Assembly: GCA_049968255.1 (NCBI GenBank)
Contig: JBMFRB010000007.1
Span: 32,001 to 96,000 of the forward strand
From: Candidatus Sumerlaeaceae bacterium
GTDB taxonomy: Bacteria > Sumerlaeota > Sumerlaeia > Sumerlaeales > Sumerlaeaceae
Length of the DNA: 64,000 nt
Direction of reading: 5' to 3'
The notes under the pieces were generated by a model, which worked only from the letters and a program-made list of their open reading frames with translations, was not told the DNA's origin and did no database searches. The translations under genes were made by a program, and so were the position numbers. Of this stretch, positions 39,481-49,808 are shown piece after piece (position 1 is the first letter of the stretch; every line of letters begins with the position of its first letter).

Positions 39481-42056
39481 CCTCGGCTTGATTGGGATAC
39501 CTGTTTCGAAGTGCGACGGTAAAGGACGTTCTTGTCGGGCGGAATATTGCGATAGTCGAGCCCGTCGCGCCAACTGCTGCCGGAGGCATCCGAGCGGAAG
39601 GTCTCGCGGAAGTAGCCAAGGCCGATGAGCTCGTCCATGCCGAGCCACGAGTTAGCGCGGTGCTTGTCCTCATTTGGGACGTAGAGGTAGTACTTTATCC
39701 CTAGCGAATCGAGGACGCGCATGCGCTCTTCGGGTGGTTTGTGGTAGGCACGCTGAACTAACCAATCGTCGAGATGGACAATTCGAATTTGGGGTTCAAT
39801 GAGCAGGTGACGGTTCTCATGCGTAAGCACGAGTGTGCCGGGGGCGAGGGAGTTGATCTGGCGCAGCATGAGCATGTCGCCGTCGAATTCCATGCGGTAG
39901 AAAAGATCGCGATCTATGAAGAGATTTCGCAGGGCTGTGAGTCCGACCTGAGAATAAGTCTGCGTGCCGAGTGTGCCGCTGGATTTCAGCTTGAATCCCA
40001 TGGCGGCCATGAGAACGCCAGGGGCAAGGCCGATGATGATAGAGGCGAGATAAAGCTGGCGGCGCGTGCCCATGGTGGGGCAAAGCTCGAAAACTCGGGC
40101 GGCAAAAATGGCAAACAGCGGAAGGACGATGATAATTTGATAAAGGTACATGTCCGCGACGCAGTAGGCGTAAAACCAGAGGAGGACAAAGAGCAGGGCG
40201 GCAACGAAGGAGAATTTCGTCCAGTCGTCAAGCAAGATGTGTAAGTCTTCTTCGTCGTCTGCCTCAGAGCTGCTCCTCCCTTTGCGAAAGGCGCGGAAAG
40301 CCGTCTGCCCAGCAAAAATCATAAAGCCAGGGACGCATAAGGCCATGAAAACTGGGCCCAGACGCCAGTGAAGTGGTCCGCTCACAAAATAATACCAAGA
40401 GTTTGCGATTTTTTCCGTCAAGGTACTGCCGACCCGGCCCAGACCGTCGCCGTTGAGCCGCCATTCGACTTCGGCGGATTTCATGACTGCTGGGTTTACG
40501 TTTTTGCTAGGGAAAACATTGTAGAAGAACGCGTAAACGGGATTGCCGGTCAGCACGATGTTGCGGACATACCAAGGTGAGGCCACAAGCACAGCGACAG
40601 CTAGCACGACGAGAAAACGAGGGGAACGAACCAGCTTCGAAAATCGTAGGCGTTCGGCAGCATTTAGCTCCTCCCATGCTCGCTGGTCGTAGGGGGTAAG
40701 GTCTATTTCGCCCGTGGCGCTCCAGTCATCTTCCCAGTCGTCGTCGACGGACAGGCGCGGACGGGGCGGAGTGAGGCTGTTGACGGCACGCTCGCAAGAT
40801 CCGCCGCGGGTGTGAGCGAGAAATGTGGCTAAACATGCGACTGGCCACAGAACCCACATGAGATAATTGATGTGGACTGCAAAAGCCGGAATAAGCCACG
40901 TGAGTGCAAGTCCAGAAAGTGAGCCACTGACAATGAGTTTGGCCGCCGCGTAAAGAAAAGCCGCCGTGAACAGGATCGCCACAGCATAGTCGCTGGCGTA
41001 CTGAAAGTAAGCGATCCCGTACGGGATAGCACGAAAGAGCAGTGCGCATGAAGCCGCGAGAAGACGATCGCGCGTGAATTCCAGCACAGTCGCGTAAACG
41101 AGAACGACGGTGGCAATGCCTGCGACAGCGGGAAGCACCTGTGCGTAAGTGTCCTGCCACCCCCCCATGAGCGTGGCGGTTTGCGCAGTAAGAAGTGGAT
41201 ACAAGTGAGGATAGTTTGAACCGAGGCCGATGCCCACCTGACCGCAGATCTTCACAGGAAAGCTGTGTTGCAAAAATATCATGCGCGCGTAGCCAATGTA
41301 GAGGATGAGGGAGTCCCAGTACGTCTCGGGCAACGCAATAGCGTGGCAGAAGATCAGAAAAGAAGTGACTCCGATGAGAAACCAAATTGCGAGCTGATAG
41401 AGCGCCTCAGTTTGGTTCGCAGACGAAATGGTGTTGCGTTTGAAATACGCCAGAGCGTTACCGCGACGCCGATCACGCACAAACTGGCCATCTTCGTGAG
41501 GATAAATGGGATCCGGACGCGCGCGACGCCATTGGCGCACTCCCCACGCAACCGCAAACAGTGCTATCCACACGCCGATGACGACGGGCTGATAAAGCCA
41601 GCCCGCTAGCGTGACAAGCTCGAAGGTTACGCCGACGATGCCGCAGCCAATCACCAACGCCACGGCTGCCCGAGGCAGGGCGGCCATGCAGTCTTCGAAC
41701 CAGTCAAGGACGAGCCAACCAAGAAAAACGTAAAAGACGATCATGACAAAAGAAGCAAGGAGCGCAAGCCAGGGCACGTTCTCCCACCAAATGCGATAAG
41801 GTCCCGTGAAAAGGGAACGAATGATAAAAGGATAACTACCCGGCTGATCAGGATCGCCGATGAGGAATTGTGGAATGTAATTTGCCAAAGATGGCCAGTA
41901 GGCGATGAGCCCCTGGAATCGCACAAGCCCTTCGCGTGCCAGAAAATAGAGAATAAGAAGCCACATCCATGCGAGGACGATTGCGCGCAAGGTTCTGGTA
42001 AAAGCGTCTTCGCCCGATAAAGTCTTCGAATGATCAGGGGATTGCTCGGTTGTCAT
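39477..42056 (-). CDS. Large multi-pass membrane protein, probable GT-C glycosyltransferase
   Basis: 859 aa, more than 12 TM segments; 'PETYWDSLILY', 'NYPHLYP', 'SPWYVRNIVLTGNPVY' motifs typical of GT39-like proteins. Confidence 0.65.
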   Translation of the reverse strand: MTTEQSPDHSKTLSGEDAFTRTLRAIVLAWMWLLILYFLAREGLVRFQGLIAYWPSLANYIPQFLIGDPDQPGSYPFIIRSLFTGPYRIWWENVPWLALLASFVMIVFYVFLGWLVLDWFEDCMAALPRAAVALVIGCGIVGVTFELVTLAGWLYQPVVIGVWIALFAVAWGVRQWRRARPDPIYPHEDGQFVRDRRRGNALAYFKRNTISSANQTEALYQLAIWFLIGVTSFLIFCHAIALPETYWDSLILYIGYARMIFLQHSFPVKICGQVGIGLGSNYPHLYPLLTAQTATLMGGWQDTYAQVLPAVAGIATVVLVYATVLEFTRDRLLAASCALLFRAIPYGIAYFQYASDYAVAILFTAAFLYAAAKLIVSGSLSGLALTWLIPAFAVHINYLMWVLWPVACLATFLAHTRGGSCERAVNSLTPPRPRLSVDDDWEDDWSATGEIDLTPYDQRAWEELNAAERLRFSKLVRSPRFLVVLAVAVLVASPWYVRNIVLTGNPVYAFFYNVFPSKNVNPAVMKSAEVEWRLNGDGLGRVGSTLTEKIANSWYYFVSGPLHWRLGPVFMALCVPGFMIFAGQTAFRAFRKGRSSSEADDEEDLHILLDDWTKFSFVAALLFVLLWFYAYCVADMYLYQIIIVLPLFAIFAARVFELCPTMGTRRQLYLASIIIGLAPGVLMAAMGFKLKSSGTLGTQTYSQVGLTALRNLFIDRDLFYRMEFDGDMLMLRQINSLAPGTLVLTHENRHLLIEPQIRIVHLDDWLVQRAYHKPPEERMRVLDSLGIKYYLYVPNEDKHRANSWLGMDELIGLGYFRETFRSDASGSSWRDGLDYRNIPPDKNVLYRRTSKQVSQSSRG

Positions 42057-42189
42057 CAGCTCGTTTCTTGGCGAAAACTATTGCGCTCTTCTATCGAAAA
42101 ATTGCCCGATAAAATGATTGCAGAAACGAGGTCCGCTGCCACTTTTTCTGAGCAGGAACAATGGTAACGGAAAGCAAGAGGGAGTCTGT

Positions 42190-42522
42190 ATGCGACGTAC
42201 GCGTGCCGACAGAGTTCTTTTTCTGAGCGGTCTTTTAAAAATCCTCGGATACGTACTATTTGGCTTGGGAGTTTTCTCGGGGCTCTTTGCGGTCGGGCGG
42301 ACTTTTGTGTCTTGCTTCGGCATGCATTGTTCTTTTTTCTCCCTCGTTCAGGCGCTGGCCGTAGCGCTTATAAAACCGTGCTTTGCGATTGCTGTGGGCT
42401 TTTGCCATTTGGGTTTATCTTCAGCTCTCGTGTTGCTCGTTGATATAAGCGAGAACACGTGGCGAGCTGCGGACGCGCTAGAAGGCAAACCCACTGTTCC
42501 GACGCCTCGCAGAGACGAATAG
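42190..42522 (+). CDS. Small hypothetical membrane protein
   Basis: GGGAG RBS before ATG 42190; two hydrophobic segments; 'LLVDISENT' ending. Confidence 0.6.
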   Translation: MRRTRADRVLFLSGLLKILGYVLFGLGVFSGLFAVGRTFVSCFGMHCSFFSLVQALAVALIKPCFAIAVGFCHLGLSSALVLLVDISENTWRAADALEGKPTVPTPRRDE

Positions 42523-42558
42523 CGAGAGGATATTATTTGCGCGAAGGGAAACACACCA

Positions 42559-43527
42559 TTGGCTTACATTCTTGTTACTGGTGGAGCCGGTTTTATCGGA
42601 TCGCATTTAGTGGAAGCGCTGTTATCACGCGGTCATTTGGTGACAGCCATTGATGACCTCTCGACCGGTACGATTTGGAATCTGGACGTAGCGCGAAAGT
42701 CGGCGCGCTTCAGCTATTATATCGATTCCATCATGAACGAGCGACTGATGGCGGAGCTCGTCGACCGTGCGGACATGGTCTATCACCTGGCTGCAGCGGT
42801 GGGAGTTCGGCTCATTGTCGAACGGCCTGTCCACACGATTGAGACGAACATCCGCGGAACCGAGATTGTTCTCGAGCTGGCCGCGCGAAAGAAAAAGAAA
42901 GTGCTTCTGACCTCCACGAGTGAGGTCTACGGAAAGAGTACGAAGGTGCCGTTCAGCGAGCATGATGATTTGCTGCTGGGGTCAACGACACGGCCACGCT
43001 GGGCCTACGCTTGCAGCAAGGCAATCGACGAGTTTCTCGGCTTGGCCTATCACAAACAATTCGGGCTCCCGGTAGTGATTGTCCGGCTTTTCAATACAGT
43101 AGGGCCGCGCCAAACAGGACAATATGGCATGGTCGTGCCGCGCTTCGTTGAACAAGCGCTACGCGGGCTTCCCCTCACCGTCTACGGCGACGGGACACAA
43201 ACACGTGCGTTCGCCTACGTGGGTGATGTCGTGGAAGCGATGATCGAGCTCATGGAAACACCGGCGGCAGCCGGGCAAGTTTTCAACGTCGGCAACGATC
43301 GCGAGATTTCCATACGAGAGCTGGCTCGGCTGGTTATCGAACGGACCGGCAGTTCAAGCACAATCGATTTCATTCCATTCGAAAAGGCATACGATGAAAA
43401 TTTCGAGGACCTGCAAAGACGCGTCCCAGACCTCACAAAAGTTCGTGCGCTGATCGGCTATGCGCCGAAGGTGAGCATCGAAGAGATTCTAGACAAAGTC
43501 GCGGATTATATGAGGGAGCGTCTTTGA
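42559..43527 (+). CDS. NAD-dependent nucleotide-sugar epimerase/dehydratase (UDP-glucuronate decarboxylase-like SDR)
   Basis: TGGAGFIG, STSEVYG, YACSK, RLFNTVGPRQ; TTG start. Confidence 0.9.
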   Translation: MAYILVTGGAGFIGSHLVEALLSRGHLVTAIDDLSTGTIWNLDVARKSARFSYYIDSIMNERLMAELVDRADMVYHLAAAVGVRLIVERPVHTIETNIRGTEIVLELAARKKKKVLLTSTSEVYGKSTKVPFSEHDDLLLGSTTRPRWAYACSKAIDEFLGLAYHKQFGLPVVIVRLFNTVGPRQTGQYGMVVPRFVEQALRGLPLTVYGDGTQTRAFAYVGDVVEAMIELMETPAAAGQVFNVGNDREISIRELARLVIERTGSSSTIDFIPFEKAYDENFEDLQRRVPDLTKVRALIGYAPKVSIEEILDKVADYMRERL

Positions 43528-45053
43528 TGAACCGGCCAAAAACGAAACCGACCCCACAAGTGTGGGGCGAGCGGATGAGTGAGTCACCCGATGTGGCTGC
43601 GGTGCAGTATTGCGCGGGAAGGGACGTGGCGCCGCGGCCTATGGCGGACGCCGTGTTGGTCCCCTATGATTTGTGGCAAAACCGGTCGCACGTTGCCATG
43701 CTCGCTCGCCAGGGAATCATCGCGCATGAGGAGGCAGCACGCATCTTCCAAGCGCTGGATGATTTCGAAAAACGTTGGACCGCCGGCAAGCTCGCGCTGG
43801 ATCCACAAAAAGAAGACGTCCACATCAACATCGAACATTTTGTGGCCGCCACCGTGGGAGCGCAAGTTGCCGGAAAAATGCACACGGCGCGAAGCAGAAA
43901 CGACCAGTCTGCTACGGTGGTGCGAATGTACATTCGCGAGCAGCTTTTGTCGTTTGGCGAGCAAATTCTCGCAGCCGTAGAAGCTATTCTCGCCCAGGCG
44001 CGACGCCATGTGCGGACATTGGTGGCGGGGCTTACGCATTACCAACCAGCAAGCATCACAACGATAGGTCATTGGTTCGCCTCTTACGCCGAGGCGCTCC
44101 TGCGTGACGCTGCACGGGTGGTGAAAAGCTTTGATACTATAAATATCTCGCCCCTCGGCGCTGCAGCGGCATTCGGGACGTCATGGCCGATCGACAGGAC
44201 ATTCACGGCTGACCTGCTCGGTTTCGATGCGGTGCAGGAAAACTCACTGGATTGCATCACAAACCGCTGGGAGATGGAGGCGGAGGCTGCGACGTGTGTA
44301 GCCTTTGGGATGACGCATCTGAGCATCGTCGCCCAGGATCTGATTTTGCTCAGTCAGCCGCATTTTGGAATCGTGCGATTGGCGGACCGGCACACGACGG
44401 GATCGTCTATCATGCCGCAGAAACGCAATCCGGATTTTGCGGAGGTCACCCGCGCCAAAGCCGTGTTGGTGCAGCAACTGCTGGCCACACTGTTGGGCAT
44501 CGCCCGCGGTCTGGTGTCGGGCTACAACCGCGACACGCAATGGACGAAGTACGTCATCATGGACATTTTTGAAGAGGCATCGCCAGCGCCAGCGATTTTC
44601 CGCTCGGTCTTTGCAGCGCTGTCTGTTGATAAAGAACGGGCGTTGGCGACGGCCTCGAGCCATTTTGTGGATGCCGTAGATTTTGCCGATTCACTTGCAC
44701 GCGATGTTGGCCTTCCATTCCGCACAGCCTACAAGATTGTTTCGCGCGCTGTGCGCCAGTGTGAGATCCTCGGCCACCTCGAGACAGAAACAGTAAAACG
44801 GCTTGCAGCAGAAGAGAGTTCCGAGTCGCAGAACGTGGCGTTCCACTTGTCGCCACGGGAAATTGTTGAGCGAAAGAAACACCTGGGAGCCCCGGCACCC
44901 GAAGCTGTTCTTACCAACATCGAAAAGATGCAGGAAAAGCGAAAGCTCCTTTTGAAGGAGCTAGGCGATCGGCGACGGAAATTGAATCGTGCAAGACAGC
45001 AACTTGCGAAAATGATCGAGCGCGTGATCAGGAATGCTTCTCCACGGAGCTAG
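43527..45053 (+). CDS. argH: Argininosuccinate lyase
   Basis: EDVHINIE, HTARSRNDQ, TTGSSIMPQKRNPD, GYNRD. Confidence 0.92.
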   Translation: MNRPKTKPTPQVWGERMSESPDVAAVQYCAGRDVAPRPMADAVLVPYDLWQNRSHVAMLARQGIIAHEEAARIFQALDDFEKRWTAGKLALDPQKEDVHINIEHFVAATVGAQVAGKMHTARSRNDQSATVVRMYIREQLLSFGEQILAAVEAILAQARRHVRTLVAGLTHYQPASITTIGHWFASYAEALLRDAARVVKSFDTINISPLGAAAAFGTSWPIDRTFTADLLGFDAVQENSLDCITNRWEMEAEAATCVAFGMTHLSIVAQDLILLSQPHFGIVRLADRHTTGSSIMPQKRNPDFAEVTRAKAVLVQQLLATLLGIARGLVSGYNRDTQWTKYVIMDIFEEASPAPAIFRSVFAALSVDKERALATASSHFVDAVDFADSLARDVGLPFRTAYKIVSRAVRQCEILGHLETETVKRLAAEESSESQNVAFHLSPREIVERKKHLGAPAPEAVLTNIEKMQEKRKLLLKELGDRRRKLNRARQQLAKMIERVIRNASPRS

Positions 45054-45089
45054 TGTGATAGCAAGATAATAACGTGCTTAGCTAATATG

Positions 45090-47615
45090 CTAAGGAGCTC
45101 TTTCTTTCTGCCCTTGCACAGCTGCGCCCAGCCACAGGAGAGCTGCTTGCTTTGCGCCTTTTCCCACCTCAAGGTTTGGTCCGACGCAGGATGGACAGCC
45201 CTCAGTGCACTGACAGCCTTCGACGATTTCGAGAGCCGCACGGAAGATGGTCGTGTAGACTTCGAACACCTTGCGCGCCAGACCAATACCGCCGGGATAC
45301 TTGTCGTAAACGAAGAGAGTCGGGGCGGATGTGTGAGGATCGCGGAGATTCGCTACGACGCCGACGTCGCGAGGGTCGCACAAGACATAGAGCGGCACAA
45401 CATTCGTCAAAACATTAGCAACGCCTTGAAGCCCTGCGCCGGCGTCGAGGAATTCTTCTTCGAACCGAGCCAAGACAGAAGAATCGAAGCAAAACCAGGC
45501 GGACTCCGTCTGCATTTCGAGCGGTGGGATGCTAACTTCGCCGTAACCGATGTTCTCGTGAGTCTCGAACCGCAATTTTTTATATTTGGCGATTATCGTG
45601 ATAACAGCAACGTTACCGTAAGAACGCGTCACTAGCGCCGTTGCAGTGGGAATGATTGCGCTGTCCCTCGCGTTGGGGAGTGATTGCGGCTCCAGAGATT
45701 TCCACGCGCGCTCGGCAGAATTGTCCACTATGTCGCGCGAAGCGGGGACAGGTTCGTCCGGTCGCGGTATGACGGGGTACTCCAGCGATTGCGCTGCTAG
45801 CTTGGTTGAGCGAGGCACGGCGGTTTCGATCGAGGCGTCGGCAAAGGCACCGCTTGGAATGTTCTCATGCAGATCTTCATAAAGAACACGGATTTCTGTC
45901 TTGGCTAGGGCCTCTGTGTAGTACTCGCTCTTGTGGGGACGCGCAAAAGCAGTGCGGCGATCCCAGTCGAGATGGTCTATGTAGTAGACCTCGCCCAAAT
46001 GCATATAAATCGCCTCCGTGTGGATGAGAAAAGGAGCAGAGTCGTAATCAATTTCGGCAATGACACGGTTTTTGTCGGTCACGTCCACCACAACAAAATT
46101 TTCTGCACTTGCACTGCGAAGGGAGATGTTTTCGCTCGGGTAAATATCAGCCGACCAAAACCATTTGTCGCCCACGTGGCGCAGAAGGTGATCAGCTTCG
46201 AGAAATTCAAGATAGGAAGTCGGATCAACTCCGCCGAATCGCTCGCCATCGACGAAGGGCAACTCGAATGCGGCGCATTTCACATGCGCTGACAGAATTG
46301 CTGGGTTGTCCGGGTTCACAATCGCCATTTCTGGCGGCTTGCCAAAGAAGTAATGGGGATGAGTGATGACGTATTGATCAATGGGGAGCGAGCTTGCCAC
46401 AAGGATTGCTGCCGCAGCTTCGGCTTTTCGACCTGCTCGACCCGTTTGTTGCCAAGTGCTAGAAACCGATCCCGGATAGCCGGCGAGAATGGCTACACGG
46501 AGCTGACCAATGTCGATGCCGAGTTCTAGTGCATTTGTGCTGACAATTCCGAGAATTTTGCCCGACTTAACGCCCCGTTCAATAAGGCGGCGTTCGTTTG
46601 GCAAGTAGCCGCCGCGGTAGCCCGCAATACGATCGGGGCTCTGACGCATGCGAGGCATTGCTTTGCGCAGATAATTGACGAGCAGTTCCACTCGCATGCG
46701 ACTTCGCGCGAAAATAATCGTCTGAAGGTTTTCAGCCAAAAAACGCGTGGCGAGACGGCGAGCCTCGTTCACGACATTGCGGCGGATCCCAAGCTCTTTA
46801 TTCACCACTGGTGGATTGTAGAAGAGAAAGTACTTTTCGCCACGGGGGGCACCGCTTTTGTCCACGAGCTGAAATTCCACTTCACACAATTTTTCTGCGA
46901 TCTCGAGGGGATTAGCGATGGTGGCCGAGCAGCAGATAAATTGCGGATGTGAGCCGTAGAACTCGCATATGCGCCGAAGCCGACGCAGCACGTTGGCGAC
47001 ATGCGAGCCGAACACGCCGCGATAGTGGTGGATCTCGTCAATGACAACAAATTTTAGATGCTCAAAGACACGACTCCAGCTTGTGTGATTTGGAAGGATG
47101 CCGGTGTGGAGCATATCGGGATTCGAAAGAATTACGTTGCCAGCAGTCCGAATTGCTCGACGTGCCGAGGTTGGCGTGTCGCCGTCGAAGGTGAAAAGTT
47201 TGACTGGGCGTTCAGAGGCAGCCGCTAGTTCTTCGAGTTCGATGTATTGATCCTGCGCTAGCGCTTTGGTAGGATAGAGATAAAGAGCGCAGCACTTGGG
47301 ATCTTCAAAAATGCGTTGAAGCACTGGCAAGTTGAAGCAAAGTGTTTTGCCAGAGGCAGTTGGTGTGACAACGACAACATTTTTGCCGCTGAGCGCAGCC
47401 TGAATTGCCTCGGCCTGGTGCGAGTAAAGGCGTTCGATGCCTCGTGCACGCAGTGCTTTCACGAGCCGCAGATCAAGTTCTGCGGGAAAATCGGCATATT
47501 GTGCCGGACGGGCAGGAATGTGCTCCAGGTGCGTGAAGTTTCGCGCGATGTGCGGAATTGCCAGAAGCTTTTCGAGCACAAGGTGCAGATCCGGCTGACG
47601 TGGTGAAGAAGGCAT
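45090..47615 (-). CDS. DEAD/DEAH-box helicase with DUF1998 (MrfA/YprA/Hrq1-like)
   Basis: TPTASGKT, PTKALAQDQ, DEIH.YRGVFGS, ALELGIDIG, GRAGR, C-terminal CQCTEGCPSC. Confidence 0.93.
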   Translation of the reverse strand: MPSSPRQPDLHLVLEKLLAIPHIARNFTHLEHIPARPAQYADFPAELDLRLVKALRARGIERLYSHQAEAIQAALSGKNVVVVTPTASGKTLCFNLPVLQRIFEDPKCCALYLYPTKALAQDQYIELEELAAASERPVKLFTFDGDTPTSARRAIRTAGNVILSNPDMLHTGILPNHTSWSRVFEHLKFVVIDEIHHYRGVFGSHVANVLRRLRRICEFYGSHPQFICCSATIANPLEIAEKLCEVEFQLVDKSGAPRGEKYFLFYNPPVVNKELGIRRNVVNEARRLATRFLAENLQTIIFARSRMRVELLVNYLRKAMPRMRQSPDRIAGYRGGYLPNERRLIERGVKSGKILGIVSTNALELGIDIGQLRVAILAGYPGSVSSTWQQTGRAGRKAEAAAAILVASSLPIDQYVITHPHYFFGKPPEMAIVNPDNPAILSAHVKCAAFELPFVDGERFGGVDPTSYLEFLEADHLLRHVGDKWFWSADIYPSENISLRSASAENFVVVDVTDKNRVIAEIDYDSAPFLIHTEAIYMHLGEVYYIDHLDWDRRTAFARPHKSEYYTEALAKTEIRVLYEDLHENIPSGAFADASIETAVPRSTKLAAQSLEYPVIPRPDEPVPASRDIVDNSAERAWKSLEPQSLPNARDSAIIPTATALVTRSYGNVAVITIIAKYKKLRFETHENIGYGEVSIPPLEMQTESAWFCFDSSVLARFEEEFLDAGAGLQGVANVLTNVVPLYVLCDPRDVGVVANLRDPHTSAPTLFVYDKYPGGIGLARKVFEVYTTIFRAALEIVEGCQCTEGCPSCVGPNLEVGKGAKQAALLWLGAAVQGQKERAP

Positions 47616-47712
47616 CGCTTACACCTTTGTTAGATTCGAGCTGCAAAAAACTTTCGCTAACTCTCAATCTAGGTGCACCGAATTTTGGCTCAATGGTAAA
47701 TTAGGGGCACAA

Positions 47713-48675
47713 ATGCAGAACGAACACGAGAACGAGTACAAACGGGAGCGCAGACCGAGCCTGCGCCACTGGCTTGAATATGCCGGGTGGAAGTTGGCAG
47801 CGTGTGTGCTTCCCCGCCTTCCGCGGCGCGTCGTTGTAAAGATTGCGGATGTGCTGGGATGGGTGATGTACCGCGTGCTGCGGGTGCGCCGGAGGGTGGT
47901 GGAGGAGAACCTCGAGCGGGCGTTCGGTACGGGCAAAACTCGCGCCGAGCTCGACGCCATTGCTCTGAGAACTTACCAGAACGCTGTTTTATCATTTTGT
48001 GAATTTATTAACCCTTACTATTCAGGGCAAGGAGCTCTTGCTGTCTTTCGAGAAATTCGAGGAATGGAGCACGCCGAGCCTTTTAGATCACGGCCAGCAG
48101 TTTTTCTCACGGGGCATATCGGAAACTGGGAACTACAAGGAGCAGCGGTCGCGGCACTTGGTTTTCAGATGGATGCTGTGCTCAAGCCGCTCCACAATCC
48201 ATTAATTGACCGAGAGGTTGCGCGGCGCCGTCTTCAGCGAGGTTTTGGACTCATTCCGACAACAGGTCCACTGAAGGCGATTGTCAGCTCCATCCGCACG
48301 GGACGACATCCTGTGTTCCTCGCTGATCAGGATGCGCGACGGTCTGGTATGTTTGTGGATTTTTTTGGTCATCCTGCCTCGACAGCGACAGGACCGGCTT
48401 ACTTCGCGCTCAAGCTAAAAGTGCCAATCATAGTCGGTTTCTCGACACGCAACCGCGATCGTCAGCGGACCCTGACGCTACATATCTTCCCGCCTATTGA
48501 GCCAGATGCCGACGCGCCATTTCAGGAGGAGCTTCTGCGACTCACGCAAGAGCATGTGAACATGCTTGAGGGGCTGGTTCGTGACTATCCCGACAGCTAT
48601 TTCTGGCTGCACCGCCGGTGGAAAACGCGTCCGAGAAGAGGCGAGTGGCTGGCAGCAACGAAAGGAAGTGAATAG
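47713..48675 (+). CDS. lpxL: Lipid A late acyltransferase (LpxL/HtrB family)
   Basis: TGHIGNWE, LADQD, VDFFG, YFWLHRRWK. Confidence 0.85.
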   Translation: MQNEHENEYKRERRPSLRHWLEYAGWKLAACVLPRLPRRVVVKIADVLGWVMYRVLRVRRRVVEENLERAFGTGKTRAELDAIALRTYQNAVLSFCEFINPYYSGQGALAVFREIRGMEHAEPFRSRPAVFLTGHIGNWELQGAAVAALGFQMDAVLKPLHNPLIDREVARRRLQRGFGLIPTTGPLKAIVSSIRTGRHPVFLADQDARRSGMFVDFFGHPASTATGPAYFALKLKVPIIVGFSTRNRDRQRTLTLHIFPPIEPDADAPFQEELLRLTQEHVNMLEGLVRDYPDSYFWLHRRWKTRPRRGEWLAATKGSE

Positions 48676-48773
48676 GTCGCCACGGAAACATTCTTCGGTG
48701 AATTCGCATCTGCTTGAAGTCAAACGTTTTGGCATTGCATTCGCTAAGAATGGAGCAGGTATAGTCACAGGCG

Positions 48774-49808
48774 ATGGTTCGGGTAGAGAATCTGTCGAAA
48801 TATTTTGGCGACATCAAAGCCGTGGACGGCCTGAGCTTCGAGGTGCTTGAGGGTGAAATCCTTGGTTTCCTCGGTCCGAACGGGGCGGGCAAGACCACTG
48901 CGATGCGCATTTTGACGTGCTATTTTCCTCCAACATCGGGCCGGGTGACTGTGGGGGGATTTGATGTAGTGCGAGATTCAGACGAGGTCAGGCGCATTAT
49001 TGGCTACATGCCGGAGCACGTGCCTGTTTACCGTGACATGACGGTGCAAGACGCACTGGATTTTGTCGCCCACGCGAAAGGTTATCGGCGCACCGCGCGC
49101 AGGCGTTTTGTGGATGCGGTCGTGGAGGAGACAGGGTTAGGTGAGGTGCGCCACCGCTTGATCGGCCATCTTTCGAAAGGCTATCGCCAACGCGTTGGCC
49201 TGGCGCAAGCGCTGATTGGAGACCCCAAAGTGCTGATTCTCGACGAGCCGACTGTGGGACTAGACCCACGCCAAATCACGGAAGTGCGGCGGCTTATCAA
49301 GAGCATGGCCGGACGGCGAACTGTGATATTGAGCACGCACATTCTGCCAGAGGTACAAATGACGTGCTCGCGGGTTGTCATCATCAACCAGGGGAAAATT
49401 GCGGCCAGCGGAACGCCGCAAAAGCTGACGACTCAAATGCGAGTGGGTAGCCAGCTTGTGCTAAAGGCCGTAGCACCGCGCACTAAACTTCGCACGATGC
49501 TGGAAACACTTGCGCACGTGAAGAAGGTGAGCTTGCGCGAGCGGGGCGAGAACGAGGGTAACGGGGAAGGTTTTGATGAGAATCGTCTGTGCGAGTTTTT
49601 AGTAGAGACGTCCACACTGTCACCTGAGGTGAACTCGACAATTGCCGAGACTATCGTTCGACGCGGTTGGCAGCTCGTGGAACTTTATGAAGTTGGGATG
49701 ACACTCGAGGAGATTTTTCTGCGGGTTATTGCCAGCGATGCTGCGGAACTCGAGACGTCGACAACAGGCGAAGGCGAGAAAACACGCTCGACGGAGGGGC
49801 GCGCATGA
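48774..49808 (+). CDS. ABC transporter ATP-binding protein (GldA-like)
   Basis: GPNGAGKTT, LSKGYRQRVGLAQAL, DEPTVGLDP, STHILPEV. Confidence 0.92.
   Translation: MVRVENLSKYFGDIKAVDGLSFEVLEGEILGFLGPNGAGKTTAMRILTCYFPPTSGRVTVGGFDVVRDSDEVRRIIGYMPEHVPVYRDMTVQDALDFVAHAKGYRRTARRRFVDAVVEETGLGEVRHRLIGHLSKGYRQRVGLAQALIGDPKVLILDEPTVGLDPRQITEVRRLIKSMAGRRTVILSTHILPEVQMTCSRVVIINQGKIAASGTPQKLTTQMRVGSQLVLKAVAPRTKLRTMLETLAHVKKVSLRERGENEGNGEGFDENRLCEFLVETSTLSPEVNSTIAETIVRRGWQLVELYEVGMTLEEIFLRVIASDAAELETSTTGEGEKTRSTEGRA

Noticed and set aside
45090-47615. DISARM (DrmAB) or Druantia defence system based on DUF1998
   Set aside because: Single full-length MrfA-type helicase in housekeeping context with no methylase or partner genes.
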